64,000 bases of DNA from a candidate division WOR-3 bacterium (GCA_965649205.1 CBFGJV010000012.1:1-64000); one strand, 5' to 3'; counted from the stretch's first letter, positions 1 to 10,404 are shown. Notes: generated by a model not told the origin, from the sequence alone. Numbers and translations: made by a program.

Positions 1-580
1 AGCCAGACCGGGGTAGTGCTTGACCCCTCGGGTATCGCCATCTCCACCGCAGCAAACAGCCAGGGGTACCCTGCGGTGGCGTTTGACGGCACCAACTATC
101 TCGTAGTGTGGGAGGATTACCGCAGCTCCGGTACGACCGGTTACGACATCTACGGCGCACGGGTGAGCCAGACCGGGTCAGTGCTTGACCCGGCGGGCAT
201 CGCCATCTCCACCGCGGGGAACGATCAGAAAGAACCTGCGGTGGCATTTGATGGCACCAACTTCCTCGTAGTGTGGTACGACTACCGCAACCTCGGACCG
301 ACCGGGATTGATATCTACGGCGCGCGGGTGAGCCAGACCGGGTCAGTGCTTGACCCGACCGGTATCGCCATCTCCACCGCGACGAACAACCAGATCTACC
401 CTGCTGTGGCCTTTGACGGCGTCAGCTACCTCGTGGTGTGGCAAGACCGGCGTAACTCCGGTACGACGGGGTACGATATCTACCGGACGCGGGTGAGCAG
501 GAACGGCGCTGTACTCAACCCTTCAGGCGTTGCAGTCACTCTCATGGGTTATGACCAGCAATACCCTGCGGTGGCGGCCA
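1..580 (+). repeat. Coding tandem repeat, 165-bp (55-aa) unit, at least 3.5 copies
   Basis: Units begin agccagaccggg at 1, 166 and 331, with a degenerate unit at 496; shared gtgcttgacc..atcgccatctccaccgc..cctgcggtggc. Confidence 0.9.
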
Positions 581-3342
581 GTATTGGTACGGGCAAGCTG
601 CTTGTCAACTGGCAGGGATTTGCCGAGTATGGGGGCTCCAAGCCAACCAACTGCGTACGCGTCTGGGGCAAGTTCGTTGCCGGTGGCTCGGACGTGGGCG
701 TAGTGAAGATAATCGTGCCTACTGACACAGTTGACCTCGGCACGTCAGTAACACCAGCCTGTTCTGTTTATAACTACGGCTTCACGACCGAAAGCTATCA
801 GGTGCGGATGCGCATCGGCGACTACAATTACACGGCCCAAGTGGACAATCACGCACCCGGACAACTGCGCTATGTGACCTTTGCGCCTAATTGGACCGCC
901 GGACCGGCCGGTAATGTTGACGTCATTTGCGCAACCGAGCTGCTGGACGACGGCAATCCCTCTAACGACACCTGTCAGGGCACGGTGTTCGTGCGCAAGC
1001 TGGACGCGGGCGTTGCGTCATTGTCCGTGCCTGCGCCGTCCGGTACCTACAAAAGAGGAACAACCGTCACGCCGGCTGGCACATGGCACAATTACAGCAA
1101 TGTGCCGGTGGTGTTCTATGCCTGGATGATTATCACCGGACCGACGGGCGAAGAGTACAGAGAGTTCAAGACTGTGGGTCCGGTCGATCCCGGTCAGCCG
1201 ATAATCGTATCTGACTTCCCCGAGCTCACCTTCACCAGCTCCGGCACCTGGGCAGTGTGCTGCAGCACCTACTTAGAGAACGACCTGGTTCCTGCAAACG
1301 ATACGCTGGACCGGGAAGTCACGGTGGTAACTCCGGACGTGGGTGTAATTTCGGTGACTGTGCCTGCTCCGGGCGGCGCTTACCTGCCGGGCCAGTCGTT
1401 CACTCCAGAAGCCAAGTGGATGAACTACAACCCGACAGAACCGGTGAACTTCTGGGCCTGGATGTTCATATCCGATCCGAATCCTTCGCCTACAGACGCG
1501 CCTTGGTATGCGGACAGCATTGAGGTCCTCGGGCTGGAAGCGGGCAAGGACACGGTTCTCAATTTCGTGACCACACCCATTCTGGAGATGAGGGGCACCT
1601 ACACGGTGCGCTGCAGCACCTACTACGCGGACGATGCAAACCGGGTCAACGATACGCTCGGTACCTGGTTTGCGGTCGGTTCGCCGGATATGGGTGTGAC
1701 GGAAATCGTGTCGCCCAAGGACACGCAGGAGACCCGCACTGTCGTCATACCCAGCGTCAAAGTGGTAAACAACGGCGACTGCGTCGTTATGTTCGAGGCC
1801 TGGTTCTCGATGTGGGATCCGACATCGGCCCGGGTGTATCACGAAAAGCTGGTCATTCCGGGCGTCAGTGTGGGCAAAGAGACGACGCTGGTGTTCCCGC
1901 AGTTTGAGCTGTCCAGCGAGACCGGCGACTGGACTACGCGCTGCTCTCTCTACGTGAGTGGTGATCAGAACTGGGACGACAACGTGAAGAGCGGTTCATT
2001 CCCGGTGAAGAAGCCCGCGGTCTCGCCGTGGCCGGAAGGCTGGACCCAGGCCAAGCCTATGCCGGCTGGAAGCCTGAATAAGGCGGTGAGCGGCGGCGGC
2101 TGGCTGGCGGTTGGTCCTGACCGGTATGAGACTGAGGGCGAGCCGGTGATCTACGCCATGAAGGGCAACAAGACGACCGAGTTCTTCAAGTACTATCCGC
2201 TGTCAGATTCCTGGGTGACAATGCGCTCCAACCTGCCGGAGCTGGAGGAAGGCAAGCGCAAGCTGCCGTCTAAGGGTACGCGCGGGGTGGTAGTGGACCG
2301 TGACCGCGCCATCTACATGACCCGGGGCAACAATACGCTTGGGTTCTGGCGCTACGACATAGACGGCGACACCTGGTGGCGTGTGGGCACGATTCCCAGT
2401 CGCGATGGCAAGAAAATAAAGGGCGGCGAGGACCTGGTGTATGTGCCGCGCGGGGACACAGACTGGGTGTACCTGATGAAAGGCACTATGGCGGAGTTCT
2501 ACCGCTTCAATGTGCAGAATGGTCGCTGGGACACTTTGCCTGACATACCGAACACGGGCACGGCGCACAAGAAGTATCCGGCTGGTTCCTTCCTGGTGTA
2601 CAATGGCGGCAATTACCTCTACGCGCATCGGGCGAAGTTCAACGATGGGACGAAGCACTATATGTTCCGCTACGACATTGCGGGCGACAGCTGGGACAAG
2701 GTGACCTACACGGGTATGCCTGTGTACCACAAGGAAGACGGCAAGGACAAGAAGAAGAAGGTGGGCGACGGAGCGGCCGGAGTGTGGTTTGAGGGCAGAC
2801 TGTTTGCCACCAAGGCAGGCGGCACGCAGGGCTTCTTTGCCTACGATCCGGCCAACGACGAGTGGGCGCAGCTGGATACCTATCCGCGCAACGGCGTCAC
2901 GAACAAGAAGAAGTCGCCCAAGGCGGGCAGCGACCTGGTGTACTGGGGCAAGCGCACCTTCTTCAGCCTGAAGGGCAACAAGACGCTGGAGCTGTGGCGG
3001 TATGTGGAGCCGGTGGCGTTCGGGTTGCCGGTTGCGGCAGAGGTACCGCAGGGTCAGATGGGCGAAGCAGAGGCGGCGCCTGTGCCTGGCCGGCTGACCA
3101 TCTCGCCGAATCCGCTGGCCAATGGCGTGGCTACGCTGCGGTTCACGGTTGTGCAGTCTGGGCCGGTGACGGTCAAGGTGTACGACGCTCTGGGCCGCGC
3201 CGTGCTGACGCAGGAGGCTATGGCGGGTCGGCAGGGCCTGGTATTGCCTCTGGATTTGCGCAAGCTGTCCAGCGGCGTGTACCTGGTGCGTCTGGACGCG
3301 GTGGGCTACTCGGCTACCCAGAAGCTCGTGGTACAGAAATAG
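1..3342 (+). CDS. Large secreted modular protein, 5'-truncated by the window: 55-aa repeats, 4 CARDB/Ig-like domains, Lys-rich Kelch-like beta-propeller, T9SS type-A C-terminal sorting domain
   Basis: Frame is open from base 1 (SQTGVVLDP...). Repeats VLDPxGIAISTA..Q.YPAVAFDG.NYLVVW.D.R; D(V/A/M)GV...NDT Ig units; KGNKT.EF..Y / KGNKTLELWRY blades; ends ISPNP...VYDALGR...LSSGVYLVRL...QKLVVQK. Confidence 0.85.
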   Translation, partial: SQTGVVLDPSGIAISTAANSQGYPAVAFDGTNYLVVWEDYRSSGTTGYDIYGARVSQTGSVLDPAGIAISTAGNDQKEPAVAFDGTNFLVVWYDYRNLGPTGIDIYGARVSQTGSVLDPTGIAISTATNNQIYPAVAFDGVSYLVVWQDRRNSGTTGYDIYRTRVSRNGAVLNPSGVAVTLMGYDQQYPAVAASIGTGKLLVNWQGFAEYGGSKPTNCVRVWGKFVAGGSDVGVVKIIVPTDTVDLGTSVTPACSVYNYGFTTESYQVRMRIGDYNYTAQVDNHAPGQLRYVTFAPNWTAGPAGNVDVICATELLDDGNPSNDTCQGTVFVRKLDAGVASLSVPAPSGTYKRGTTVTPAGTWHNYSNVPVVFYAWMIITGPTGEEYREFKTVGPVDPGQPIIVSDFPELTFTSSGTWAVCCSTYLENDLVPANDTLDREVTVVTPDVGVISVTVPAPGGAYLPGQSFTPEAKWMNYNPTEPVNFWAWMFISDPNPSPTDAPWYADSIEVLGLEAGKDTVLNFVTTPILEMRGTYTVRCSTYYADDANRVNDTLGTWFAVGSPDMGVTEIVSPKDTQETRTVVIPSVKVVNNGDCVVMFEAWFSMWDPTSARVYHEKLVIPGVSVGKETTLVFPQFELSSETGDWTTRCSLYVSGDQNWDDNVKSGSFPVKKPAVSPWPEGWTQAKPMPAGSLNKAVSGGGWLAVGPDRYETEGEPVIYAMKGNKTTEFFKYYPLSDSWVTMRSNLPELEEGKRKLPSKGTRGVVVDRDRAIYMTRGNNTLGFWRYDIDGDTWWRVGTIPSRDGKKIKGGEDLVYVPRGDTDWVYLMKGTMAEFYRFNVQNGRWDTLPDIPNTGTAHKKYPAGSFLVYNGGNYLYAHRAKFNDGTKHYMFRYDIAGDSWDKVTYTGMPVYHKEDGKDKKKKVGDGAAGVWFEGRLFATKAGGTQGFFAYDPANDEWAQLDTYPRNGVTNKKKSPKAGSDLVYWGKRTFFSLKGNKTLELWRYVEPVAFGLPVAAEVPQGQMGEAEAAPVPGRLTISPNPLANGVATLRFTVVQSGPVTVKVYDALGRAVLTQEAMAGRQGLVLPLDLRKLSSGVYLVRLDAVGYSATQKLVVQK

Positions 3343-3370
3343 CGTCGATTGACCCGATTGGATCGATTCA

Positions 3371-3399
3371 GCAGAGGCGGGCCTTGTGCCCGCCTCTGC
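3371..3399 (+). terminator. Hairpin, probable terminator
   Basis: gcagaggcgggc-cttgt-gcccgcctctgc, 12-bp perfect stem just after the stop; weak T-tract. Confidence 0.65.
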
Positions 3400-3401
3400 G
3401 G

Positions 3402-3429
3402 TTGCCAGCGTTTGAGCGAGTGATACACT
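3402..3429 (+). promoter_or_regulatory. sigma70-type promoter
   Basis: TTGCCA-N16-TACACT, then aaggag SD before ATG 3449. Confidence 0.55.
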
Positions 3430-3448
3430 GCGCCAAAGGAGAAGAAAT

Positions 3449-4828
3449 ATGCACAGAACGGTGATATTCATTCTGATTGCCGGGGTGCTGGTTCCGGCAA
3501 TAAGCCTGGCTTTGCAGGATACGGTCTGGACGAGATTGCTGTCTCTGGGGCCGCAAACACTGGTCGATGCGATACAGTGTCAGGGAATAGATGTGTTCAT
3601 TGCCGGAACCGTGGGTGGCGACAACTCGGACGGCTTCGTCGCCAGATACGGAGGCAATGGCGGTCTTGTCTGGTCGGTGAAGATTGATTTGGATAGCTTT
3701 GATAGGTTGACCGCGCTTGCCGTGGGACCTGACCGGTCGCCGTATGCGAGCATTCTATTCGCCCGGGAGCCTGCGGTTTCGGTGCTGGCAAAACTCAAAA
3801 CCACCGGTGAGACACTTTGGACTAGAGCACAGGCGAACGCTTATGTTTCTGCGGTACTGGCAGACTCCCAGAACCAATGCTATGTGCTGGGCACCAGAGG
3901 AGGCTGGCCGCCGCTGGACAGCATATGGTTTATCCGCTATGACGCGGCTGGCACGAGAAACTTGACCAAGACCCTGCGGCTGGGTTCCAGCCATATGCCC
4001 GGTCCTATGTGCCGGTTGTCGGGAGGAGACTTTCTGGCTGCGTTGACGGTTATGGACAGCGTGCAGTATGCGGCTCTAGTCAGGTTCACTCCTGCCGGCG
4101 AAACAGTCTGGACCAGACGTTACTATGATACTTTGGCAGTGGGTTTTTCTTCTCTGGCTGCGGGCGCATCCAATACTTGGTATGCCACCGTGTCCGGACT
4201 GGCAGTCAGCAGGTTGATAAGATTCAGTTCAAATGGCGGGGTAATCTGGAGTGTGCGACTACCCTGGGGAGTGCAGGATGCGGTGGTGGCTGCCGATGCG
4301 GCCGGTAACTGTTATGTGGCGTATTCTGACACAGGTCGCGATTACCGGTTGACCAGATACGATGCCAATGGTGTTCCGCTGGGCACTCTGCGGGCAGGCA
4401 CCCGTTATCTGGATATGCCCAGAGCTTTGGCTCTGGACGGCGATGGCTACCGCATAGCCACGGGCTGGTCCATAGATTCAGTGGGTAACACCAGTGCCTA
4501 CACGGTGAAGTTTAGCCTGGCGCAGGGAGATTTGCAGGAGGATACCAGAACCCGAATACCGGACCGTAGCCTGCGCATTAGTCCGAACCCAGTCAAGGCT
4601 GGGCCGGTGCGACTGGAAGTGAGTGCCGGACGGAAAGGAATGGACAATTTCCTCGTGCGTGTGTATGACGCTTCGGGCCGCTGCGTGTTCTCCCGGCAGG
4701 TTGCGGATAGACCGGGTGCAGTAGAGCTTGACTTGAGAGCGATTCCTGCAGGTGTGTACCTGATACGGGTGGATTCTGGCTATGGGTCCGCTGTGGGCAG
4801 GCTGGTAGTTTTCAGAAATAGGTTTTGA
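3449..4828 (+). CDS. Secreted beta-propeller protein with T9SS-type C-terminal sorting domain
   Basis: Signal peptide; repeats of (Y/F)xxxGxxxW(T/S) and D..GN.YV; C-terminus ISPNP...VYDASGR...IPAGVYLIRV. Confidence 0.8.
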   Translation: MHRTVIFILIAGVLVPAISLALQDTVWTRLLSLGPQTLVDAIQCQGIDVFIAGTVGGDNSDGFVARYGGNGGLVWSVKIDLDSFDRLTALAVGPDRSPYASILFAREPAVSVLAKLKTTGETLWTRAQANAYVSAVLADSQNQCYVLGTRGGWPPLDSIWFIRYDAAGTRNLTKTLRLGSSHMPGPMCRLSGGDFLAALTVMDSVQYAALVRFTPAGETVWTRRYYDTLAVGFSSLAAGASNTWYATVSGLAVSRLIRFSSNGGVIWSVRLPWGVQDAVVAADAAGNCYVAYSDTGRDYRLTRYDANGVPLGTLRAGTRYLDMPRALALDGDGYRIATGWSIDSVGNTSAYTVKFSLAQGDLQEDTRTRIPDRSLRISPNPVKAGPVRLEVSAGRKGMDNFLVRVYDASGRCVFSRQVADRPGAVELDLRAIPAGVYLIRVDSGYGSAVGRLVVFRNRF

Positions 4829-4900
4829 AGAGTTATATGTATTGTATTCTGCCCGGAGATTCTGCTTGACATAGGGCGTAAATGTGCTATGAATATTATG

Positions 4901-5030
4901 GTTACTCCGAAGCTGGGCACCGGGTCGGCAGGTTCAGGCCGGCAAGAGCTACAAGTTGTTTTCTGAGACACAGGTTTGCAATTTCCGGACCCTGCCGGCT
5001 GGCGGATACGTCCAGCTTAGAAGGAGCGAC
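4901..5030 (+). other. Candidate structured non-coding element (long irregular hairpin) upstream of CDS 5092
   Basis: Nested stems 4901-4908/5023-5030, 4910-4916/5012-5018 and 4923-4932/4991-5000; TTGACA at 4866; core shared with 28964-28993. Confidence 0.45.
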
Positions 5031-5091
5031 TATATGCATATAAGAACCAAGTCAAGGCCTTACAGGGTAAAAGACCGCATAAGGAGGTAGT

Positions 5092-8000
5092 ATGCGGAGA
5101 GAGAGTGTTGCGGCAGCAATGACAGTCTTGGTGCTGGGCCTGGTGGCGGCCTCACCGCTTCTGGCTCAGCAGGCAGAGTTTGTGCCCGGGGCGTATGAAT
5201 TGAGGGCCGCGCCGGCTCTGGCGTCCACGCCGCCAGTATCAGAGCCATTGCCTAGCACAGATGTTTTTCCGGGTAATGATTCCATTTACTACGATGACGG
5301 CACGAATGCTACCTACTGGTACTACTCTGGCGGTTTTCAGCCTTCGGGAATGTGTGTGCGATTCACTCCGCGGGCCTATCCGTGCGAAGTAGTAGGTGCG
5401 GTGGGAAGAATGGCTTATTATCTCTCCTACACGAATCTGTATTTCCGTATGCTGAACAGCGCCCGAGCGTTGGTGTTCGAGGCTCCTATTATTCCGCCAA
5501 ATCTTTCGGAAGGAATTGACTACACCTACAACTTTACTACCCCGCAAATTGTTACCAGCGGCGATTTCTACCTCGGCTTGCACCAGACAGCCGCTAACAA
5601 TATGGCTCTGGGTTCTGATGCCACTACGAATTATCCAGACCGTTCGTGGTTCTACTACACTCTTTTGGGCACGACTTGGCAGCAGTTGAACAATTCTGGT
5701 GGATACGGTGACTTCAATCTGCGGGCCATTGTTCGCTATCACGATGCAGGCGTAAGTGAGATAAGCTTCCCCGCAGATGGCCAGATGGTGGTGGGCGGCG
5801 GTATTGTGCCAACAGTGAAGGTGAAGAACTACGCACCGAATCTGGATGAGAATACGCCTTTCGATGTGAAGTTTTCCATCCGCGACATATATGGTAACGA
5901 GCTGTGGTGGCAGACTAAGCAGATTACCCTGACCGCAGGCGAAGTTCAGACGGTAACTTTTGATGAGATTTCACCGCCGCTGCCCTATGGTTCTTATGTT
6001 GCGGTCTGCAGTACCGCGCTGGGGCTGGACTGCCGACTGGGAAACAACAAGGCCACGGCCAGGTTTGCGTATGTGGCCGCGCCGTCGCCTGACCTGGTGA
6101 TTGAGAAGGTTGATGGCGTTTTGCCGGCCAGCCTTGCTGCCGATGACAAGCCGGTTTTCACCGTTCTGGTGCGTAACCGCGGCAATGTAGCCTATCCTAC
6201 CGGCGGCAGCATAAGGATTCGCGTGGAAGAAACCAGGCCAATGCATTATCCAGGCGGAGCTCTAGAGCAGGATTTCGTTACCGGCTCCATTCCTGTTGGT
6301 GGCACCGCTTCTTTTACCCTGGACCCCTATACCGTGCTGAACTCACGGCCCGGGCCCATCGAATATACTTTTAGCATTGTCAATACCAGCACGTCTGAAC
6401 CTACCTACAATAATCAGACAAGCATTCTCATTCACTATTACGATGCCACGTCTGTAGTCAAGATACATATCAACGAGAACTTCAACTCCGGTTTGGATAA
6501 CTGGGACGCATCCGGCACAGTGCCGCGCTGGGATACGAGCGTGTCGTATCCGCCAGCTGGAACTTATCCTTTGTCTCCACCGACCGCTCCGATTCGCTTG
6601 AGCGAAAGTTACTATGTCACAGACAGTAAGTCGGGTGAATATGCAAACAATTCCTGGACTACTTTGACCTACAAGTGGCCCTTTGATTTGGTTGGCGCGC
6701 TGTCGCCGATGTTTCTGTGTTTCAGCGATAAGTACAGCTTCGGCGCCGGAGCAGACTCCGGTAGGGTGGAGCTGAGTACAGACGGTGGCACAACCTGGAT
6801 GCCAATTCTGACCAGAACCGGCCAGAATACCAACTGGCCCAACTGGGACACCACCCGGGTGGATTTGTCCGCGTATCAGGGCAAGGAAGACATCCGTCTG
6901 CGGTTCAGGCTGAGGTCTGATGCGTCTGGTACTGGTGACGGCTGGTATATTGATGATGTTATTGTGGCCTGTGGCAGTTATCCGCCGCCGATACCTCCTT
7001 ATCCTGAGTCGCCGGAGAAGGGCGCAAAGCTTTATACCCGCACCCCGACTTTGCGGGTTGAGGCTGCGACGCAGGCACAGAAATATGAGTTCCGCGTGTT
7101 TGAGCGGGCTGGAGGGTTGCTGGCACAGGGCCAATCCACTACCAGAAGTTGGACTGTTGACCCACCGCTCCCGGCTGGGACAACATATGATTGGGATTGC
7201 CGGTATCTGCACCCGGTAGCGGGCTGGAGTGAGTATTTCAGCCCGGCTTGGTGGTTTCAGATTGACCTGCCGCCTGATCCGCCCACGCTGAAGTACCCGC
7301 CCAATCTGCAGGAGATAAACAGTCTGCCTTTGGTTCTCCGGGTTGGCCATATGGCTGGAGTAGCCAGTTACGAGTGGAAGGTTATGCTTCTGAACGGGAC
7401 CCAGGTGGCGACCGGCACCTCTACTGATTCATTCTGGCAGGTTCCAGACGGCGCCCTGAATAACGGGCAGTACTACAAATGGACCTGCCGGGTGAAGAGT
7501 AAACTGGGCACGTATAGCGAATGGGCATCGGAGTGGTACTTCAGCGTATTCTTGCGGCCGGACCCGCCTGTGCCTTCTTCGCCGGATAACGGCAGTGAGG
7601 TGGCGAGCAAGATTCCAGCCCTGCGGGTGAATGCTGTTTCCGGAGCTACAGAGTACGAATTCCGCGTGTTTGATCTGGAAACCGGAAATAGGAAGACCAG
7701 CGGCAGATCTACGAGCAATATCTGGTCAGTTCCACTGCGGGACAGCCTTGTGAATGGGAAGTGGTATGAATGGGACTGCCGGTTGAAGATGGGCGGTGTT
7801 TGGAGCAACTATTACACCCCGCGCTGGAATTTCCGCGTGGCAATACGACCTTCAACCCCGATTCTGGAATCGCCGACAAATGGCAGCACCGTCACCTTCT
7901 TCCAGCCTACTTTGCGCGTAAAGGAAACGCCCTATGCGCAGGAGTACGAGTTCAAGGTATATACCTATCCGGAAGGCATATATGTTACGGGCGGAACTTC

Positions 8001-10335
8001 TGCGAATCGCTATTGGGAAGTTGACGTACCTTTGACCAACGGCGCGCAGTATCAGTGGGAGTGCCGGGCGCGGAATCTGGCTGGTTACAGCAATTGGTCT
8101 GAGCGCTGGAATTTCCGTGTGGCGGTAGTGGCTAGTGTGCCGACGCCGTTGCTGCCAGAGAATAACGCGGAGCTGAATACCTTTACTCCCAGTCTGCATG
8201 TGGCTAAAGTGGCAGATGCCATTCTGTACGAGTTCAAGGTTTATAAGGCCGACAGCGTGATTTCCAAGTACTCCACCCAGACTCCAGATAGCTTCTGGAA
8301 TATGGGCACGGCACTGGTGAACGGTCAGGCGTATGACTGGCATTGCCGGGCTAAGAATCTGGCTGGCTGGGGTAACTATTTCAGTCCGAAGTGGCGGTTT
8401 ACCATCAAGGTGCCGCCGGCTGCGCCGGAGCTGGAGTCGCCGGCAAACGAGGCCACCGGGCAGGCAATCGCCGGCATTCTGAAATGGAAAGCAGCGGAAC
8501 TGGCTACCGGTTACGATGTGTATCTGGACACCAAGAATCCGCCTGAGGAGCTGGTGTCTGCCAATCAGAGCGGTCTCACCTATAACTACTCAGAGCTGGA
8601 ATATGACAGGTATTATTACTGGAAGGTGGTAGCCCGCAACGCAGGCGGTACAGCCAGTTCTGAGGTGTGGCGTTTCCGGACTCAGGGCGCGCCGCCGCGG
8701 GACGCCGGGGTAGAGAGAATCGTCTCGCCGCTGGGTATGCGTGACACCAGTACCGAGGTGAAGCCGGTGGCAGTCTTCCGCAACTACTGGAGCGAGTCTT
8801 CTACCTTCTGGGCGTTTGCCCGGCTGATTGGTCCGGACAAGGAAGAATACTACCGTGATTCGGTGAAGCTGACTCTGGCCGCAGAGAACAGCACTCAGCA
8901 CGAGTTCGCCGCCTACAATCTCGGACGGGCCGCGGGTAGCTGGACAGTAGTGTGCTCCACCTTTGTGGCAAACGACCAGGATCACGCTAATGACCGACTG
9001 GAAGAGACCTTCTCCGTCGTGGCCCGACCGCCTTGGAAGAAGGGATTTGAGGAAGCGGCGCCGATGCCCGGAACTGCGGGCGTGGATAAGCCGCCCAAGG
9101 ACGGTGCCTGGATAGTTACTGGTCCGGACCGTTTCGGTGGCCCGCCGGTTATCTATGTGGCAAAAGGCAACAAGACAGGCGACTTCTTCAAGTACTATCC
9201 TCTGCGTGATTCCTGGGCGAAGATACCTACGGGCATACCGGGCGTGGAAGATGGCAAGATAAAGCCGCCGGCCAAAGGCACCAGGGCTGCGGTTGCCACC
9301 CGCGATGGCGCCATATATATGACCCGGGGCAACAACATGCTCGGGTTCTGGCGTTACGACATCGACGCAGATACCTGGATTCGTAAGCAGGATGTGCCGA
9401 TGAAAGCGGATAAGAAGAAGGTCAAGGGCGGCAACGACCTGGCCTATGTATGGTACAAGGACACGAACTGGATTTATCTGCTCAAGGGCGGCAAGACCGA
9501 GTTCTACCGCTACAATGTGGAACAGGAGCGGTGGGATACATTGCCGGATGTTCCCTACACCGGAACACCGAATAACAAGTTTGATAAGGGCTCGTTCCTG
9601 GTGTACGACGGCAGCAGGTATCTGTATGTGCATCGGGCCAAGTTCAATGACGGTGTGAAGAGCCACTTCATGTATCGTTACGATGTGGAGAGGGATTCCT
9701 GGCGACAGACGCCGCTGCGCGGTATGCCTTTGTACAATCTGGAAGCCGGCAAGCTGAAGAAGAAGAAGTCCGGAGACGGAGCCGGCGGAGTCTGGTTCAA
9801 TGGTCATATCTACGCGCTCAAGGGCGGCGGTACGCAGGGATTCTTCCGCTACGAGGTGGCGTATGATACCTGGACCCCGCTGGATACAGTGCCCAGAAAC
9901 GGCTCTGGCGGTAAGAAGACGGTAAAGGCTGGGGGTGGTATCACCTACTATGACTACGGCGCCTTCTTCGTGATGAAGGGTAACAAATCGTTTGAACTGT
10001 GGCGCTATGTGGAGCCACCGTCCTTCTTCCGCAGCGTAGAGCAGCCGACAGGTGGAGTGATGACTGCGGCTCGGGCAGACCAGAACTGGCTGCACGTATC
10101 GCCCAACCCGTTGTCTTCCGGCTTCGCTCGCCTGCGTTACAATCTGCCGCAGCCCGGACCGGTCACAGTTTCGTTGTATGATGTGGCAGGCCGGGTGGCT
10201 TACCGTCAGTGGCTGATGGCCGCACGCAGCGGAGTTGTGAATCTGGACCTGCGCAAGCTGGCTACCGGCGTATATCTGGTACGGCTGGATGCGAGCGGGT
10301 TCTCAGCCACGCAGAAGCTAGTGCTGCAGAAATAG
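5092..10335 (+). CDS. 1747-aa secreted modular protein: N-terminal YDDG/RFTP domain, CARDB/Ig, MAM/cleaved-adhesin-like jelly-roll, six FN3-like repeats, Lys-rich Kelch-like propeller, T9SS CTD
   Basis: SD aaggagg; signal peptide; VELSTDGGTTW...RFRLRSD...GWYIDDV; ends VSPNP...LYDVAGR...LATGVYLVRL...QKLVLQK. Confidence 0.88.
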   Translation: MRRESVAAAMTVLVLGLVAASPLLAQQAEFVPGAYELRAAPALASTPPVSEPLPSTDVFPGNDSIYYDDGTNATYWYYSGGFQPSGMCVRFTPRAYPCEVVGAVGRMAYYLSYTNLYFRMLNSARALVFEAPIIPPNLSEGIDYTYNFTTPQIVTSGDFYLGLHQTAANNMALGSDATTNYPDRSWFYYTLLGTTWQQLNNSGGYGDFNLRAIVRYHDAGVSEISFPADGQMVVGGGIVPTVKVKNYAPNLDENTPFDVKFSIRDIYGNELWWQTKQITLTAGEVQTVTFDEISPPLPYGSYVAVCSTALGLDCRLGNNKATARFAYVAAPSPDLVIEKVDGVLPASLAADDKPVFTVLVRNRGNVAYPTGGSIRIRVEETRPMHYPGGALEQDFVTGSIPVGGTASFTLDPYTVLNSRPGPIEYTFSIVNTSTSEPTYNNQTSILIHYYDATSVVKIHINENFNSGLDNWDASGTVPRWDTSVSYPPAGTYPLSPPTAPIRLSESYYVTDSKSGEYANNSWTTLTYKWPFDLVGALSPMFLCFSDKYSFGAGADSGRVELSTDGGTTWMPILTRTGQNTNWPNWDTTRVDLSAYQGKEDIRLRFRLRSDASGTGDGWYIDDVIVACGSYPPPIPPYPESPEKGAKLYTRTPTLRVEAATQAQKYEFRVFERAGGLLAQGQSTTRSWTVDPPLPAGTTYDWDCRYLHPVAGWSEYFSPAWWFQIDLPPDPPTLKYPPNLQEINSLPLVLRVGHMAGVASYEWKVMLLNGTQVATGTSTDSFWQVPDGALNNGQYYKWTCRVKSKLGTYSEWASEWYFSVFLRPDPPVPSSPDNGSEVASKIPALRVNAVSGATEYEFRVFDLETGNRKTSGRSTSNIWSVPLRDSLVNGKWYEWDCRLKMGGVWSNYYTPRWNFRVAIRPSTPILESPTNGSTVTFFQPTLRVKETPYAQEYEFKVYTYPEGIYVTGGTSANRYWEVDVPLTNGAQYQWECRARNLAGYSNWSERWNFRVAVVASVPTPLLPENNAELNTFTPSLHVAKVADAILYEFKVYKADSVISKYSTQTPDSFWNMGTALVNGQAYDWHCRAKNLAGWGNYFSPKWRFTIKVPPAAPELESPANEATGQAIAGILKWKAAELATGYDVYLDTKNPPEELVSANQSGLTYNYSELEYDRYYYWKVVARNAGGTASSEVWRFRTQGAPPRDAGVERIVSPLGMRDTSTEVKPVAVFRNYWSESSTFWAFARLIGPDKEEYYRDSVKLTLAAENSTQHEFAAYNLGRAAGSWTVVCSTFVANDQDHANDRLEETFSVVARPPWKKGFEEAAPMPGTAGVDKPPKDGAWIVTGPDRFGGPPVIYVAKGNKTGDFFKYYPLRDSWAKIPTGIPGVEDGKIKPPAKGTRAAVATRDGAIYMTRGNNMLGFWRYDIDADTWIRKQDVPMKADKKKVKGGNDLAYVWYKDTNWIYLLKGGKTEFYRYNVEQERWDTLPDVPYTGTPNNKFDKGSFLVYDGSRYLYVHRAKFNDGVKSHFMYRYDVERDSWRQTPLRGMPLYNLEAGKLKKKKSGDGAGGVWFNGHIYALKGGGTQGFFRYEVAYDTWTPLDTVPRNGSGGKKTVKAGGGITYYDYGAFFVMKGNKSFELWRYVEPPSFFRSVEQPTGGVMTAARADQNWLHVSPNPLSSGFARLRYNLPQPGPVTVSLYDVAGRVAYRQWLMAARSGVVNLDLRKLATGVYLVRLDASGFSATQKLVLQK
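6982..8690 (+). repeat. Six ~95-aa FN3-like coding repeats
   Basis: Units PxxPxLxxPxNG...PxLRV...AxxYEFxV...LxNGxxYxWxCR...WSxxWxF start near 6982, 7270, 7558, 7849, 8131 and 8416. Confidence 0.8.
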
Positions 10336-10370
10336 GATCGATTAGTCGGATTGGACTGATCCGACATTAC

Positions 10371-10404
10371 GTGAGGAGCGGGCCGCGGCCCGCTCCTCAC
10401 TTTT
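10371..10404 (+). terminator. Intrinsic terminator (perfect 30-bp palindrome + TTTT)
   Basis: gtgaggagcgggccg|cggcccgctcctcac followed by tttt. Confidence 0.8.

Noticed and set aside
1..580. 165-bp repeats as a CRISPR array or DGR template/variable repeat
   Set aside because: In-frame coding repeats without spacers; differences are not adenine-specific; no cas or reverse transcriptase gene in the window.
2203..3471. 422-aa antisense ORF (also 8590-10095, 6343-7350, 38363-39457)
   Set aside because: Shadow ORFs of GC-rich sense genes; no recognisable motifs or start signals.
4901..5030. SRP RNA, 6S RNA or a known riboswitch
   Set aside because: No SRP CAGG..GNRA..AGCA domain; shorter than typical 6S; no aptamer consensus I recognise. 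Kept only as an unknown element.
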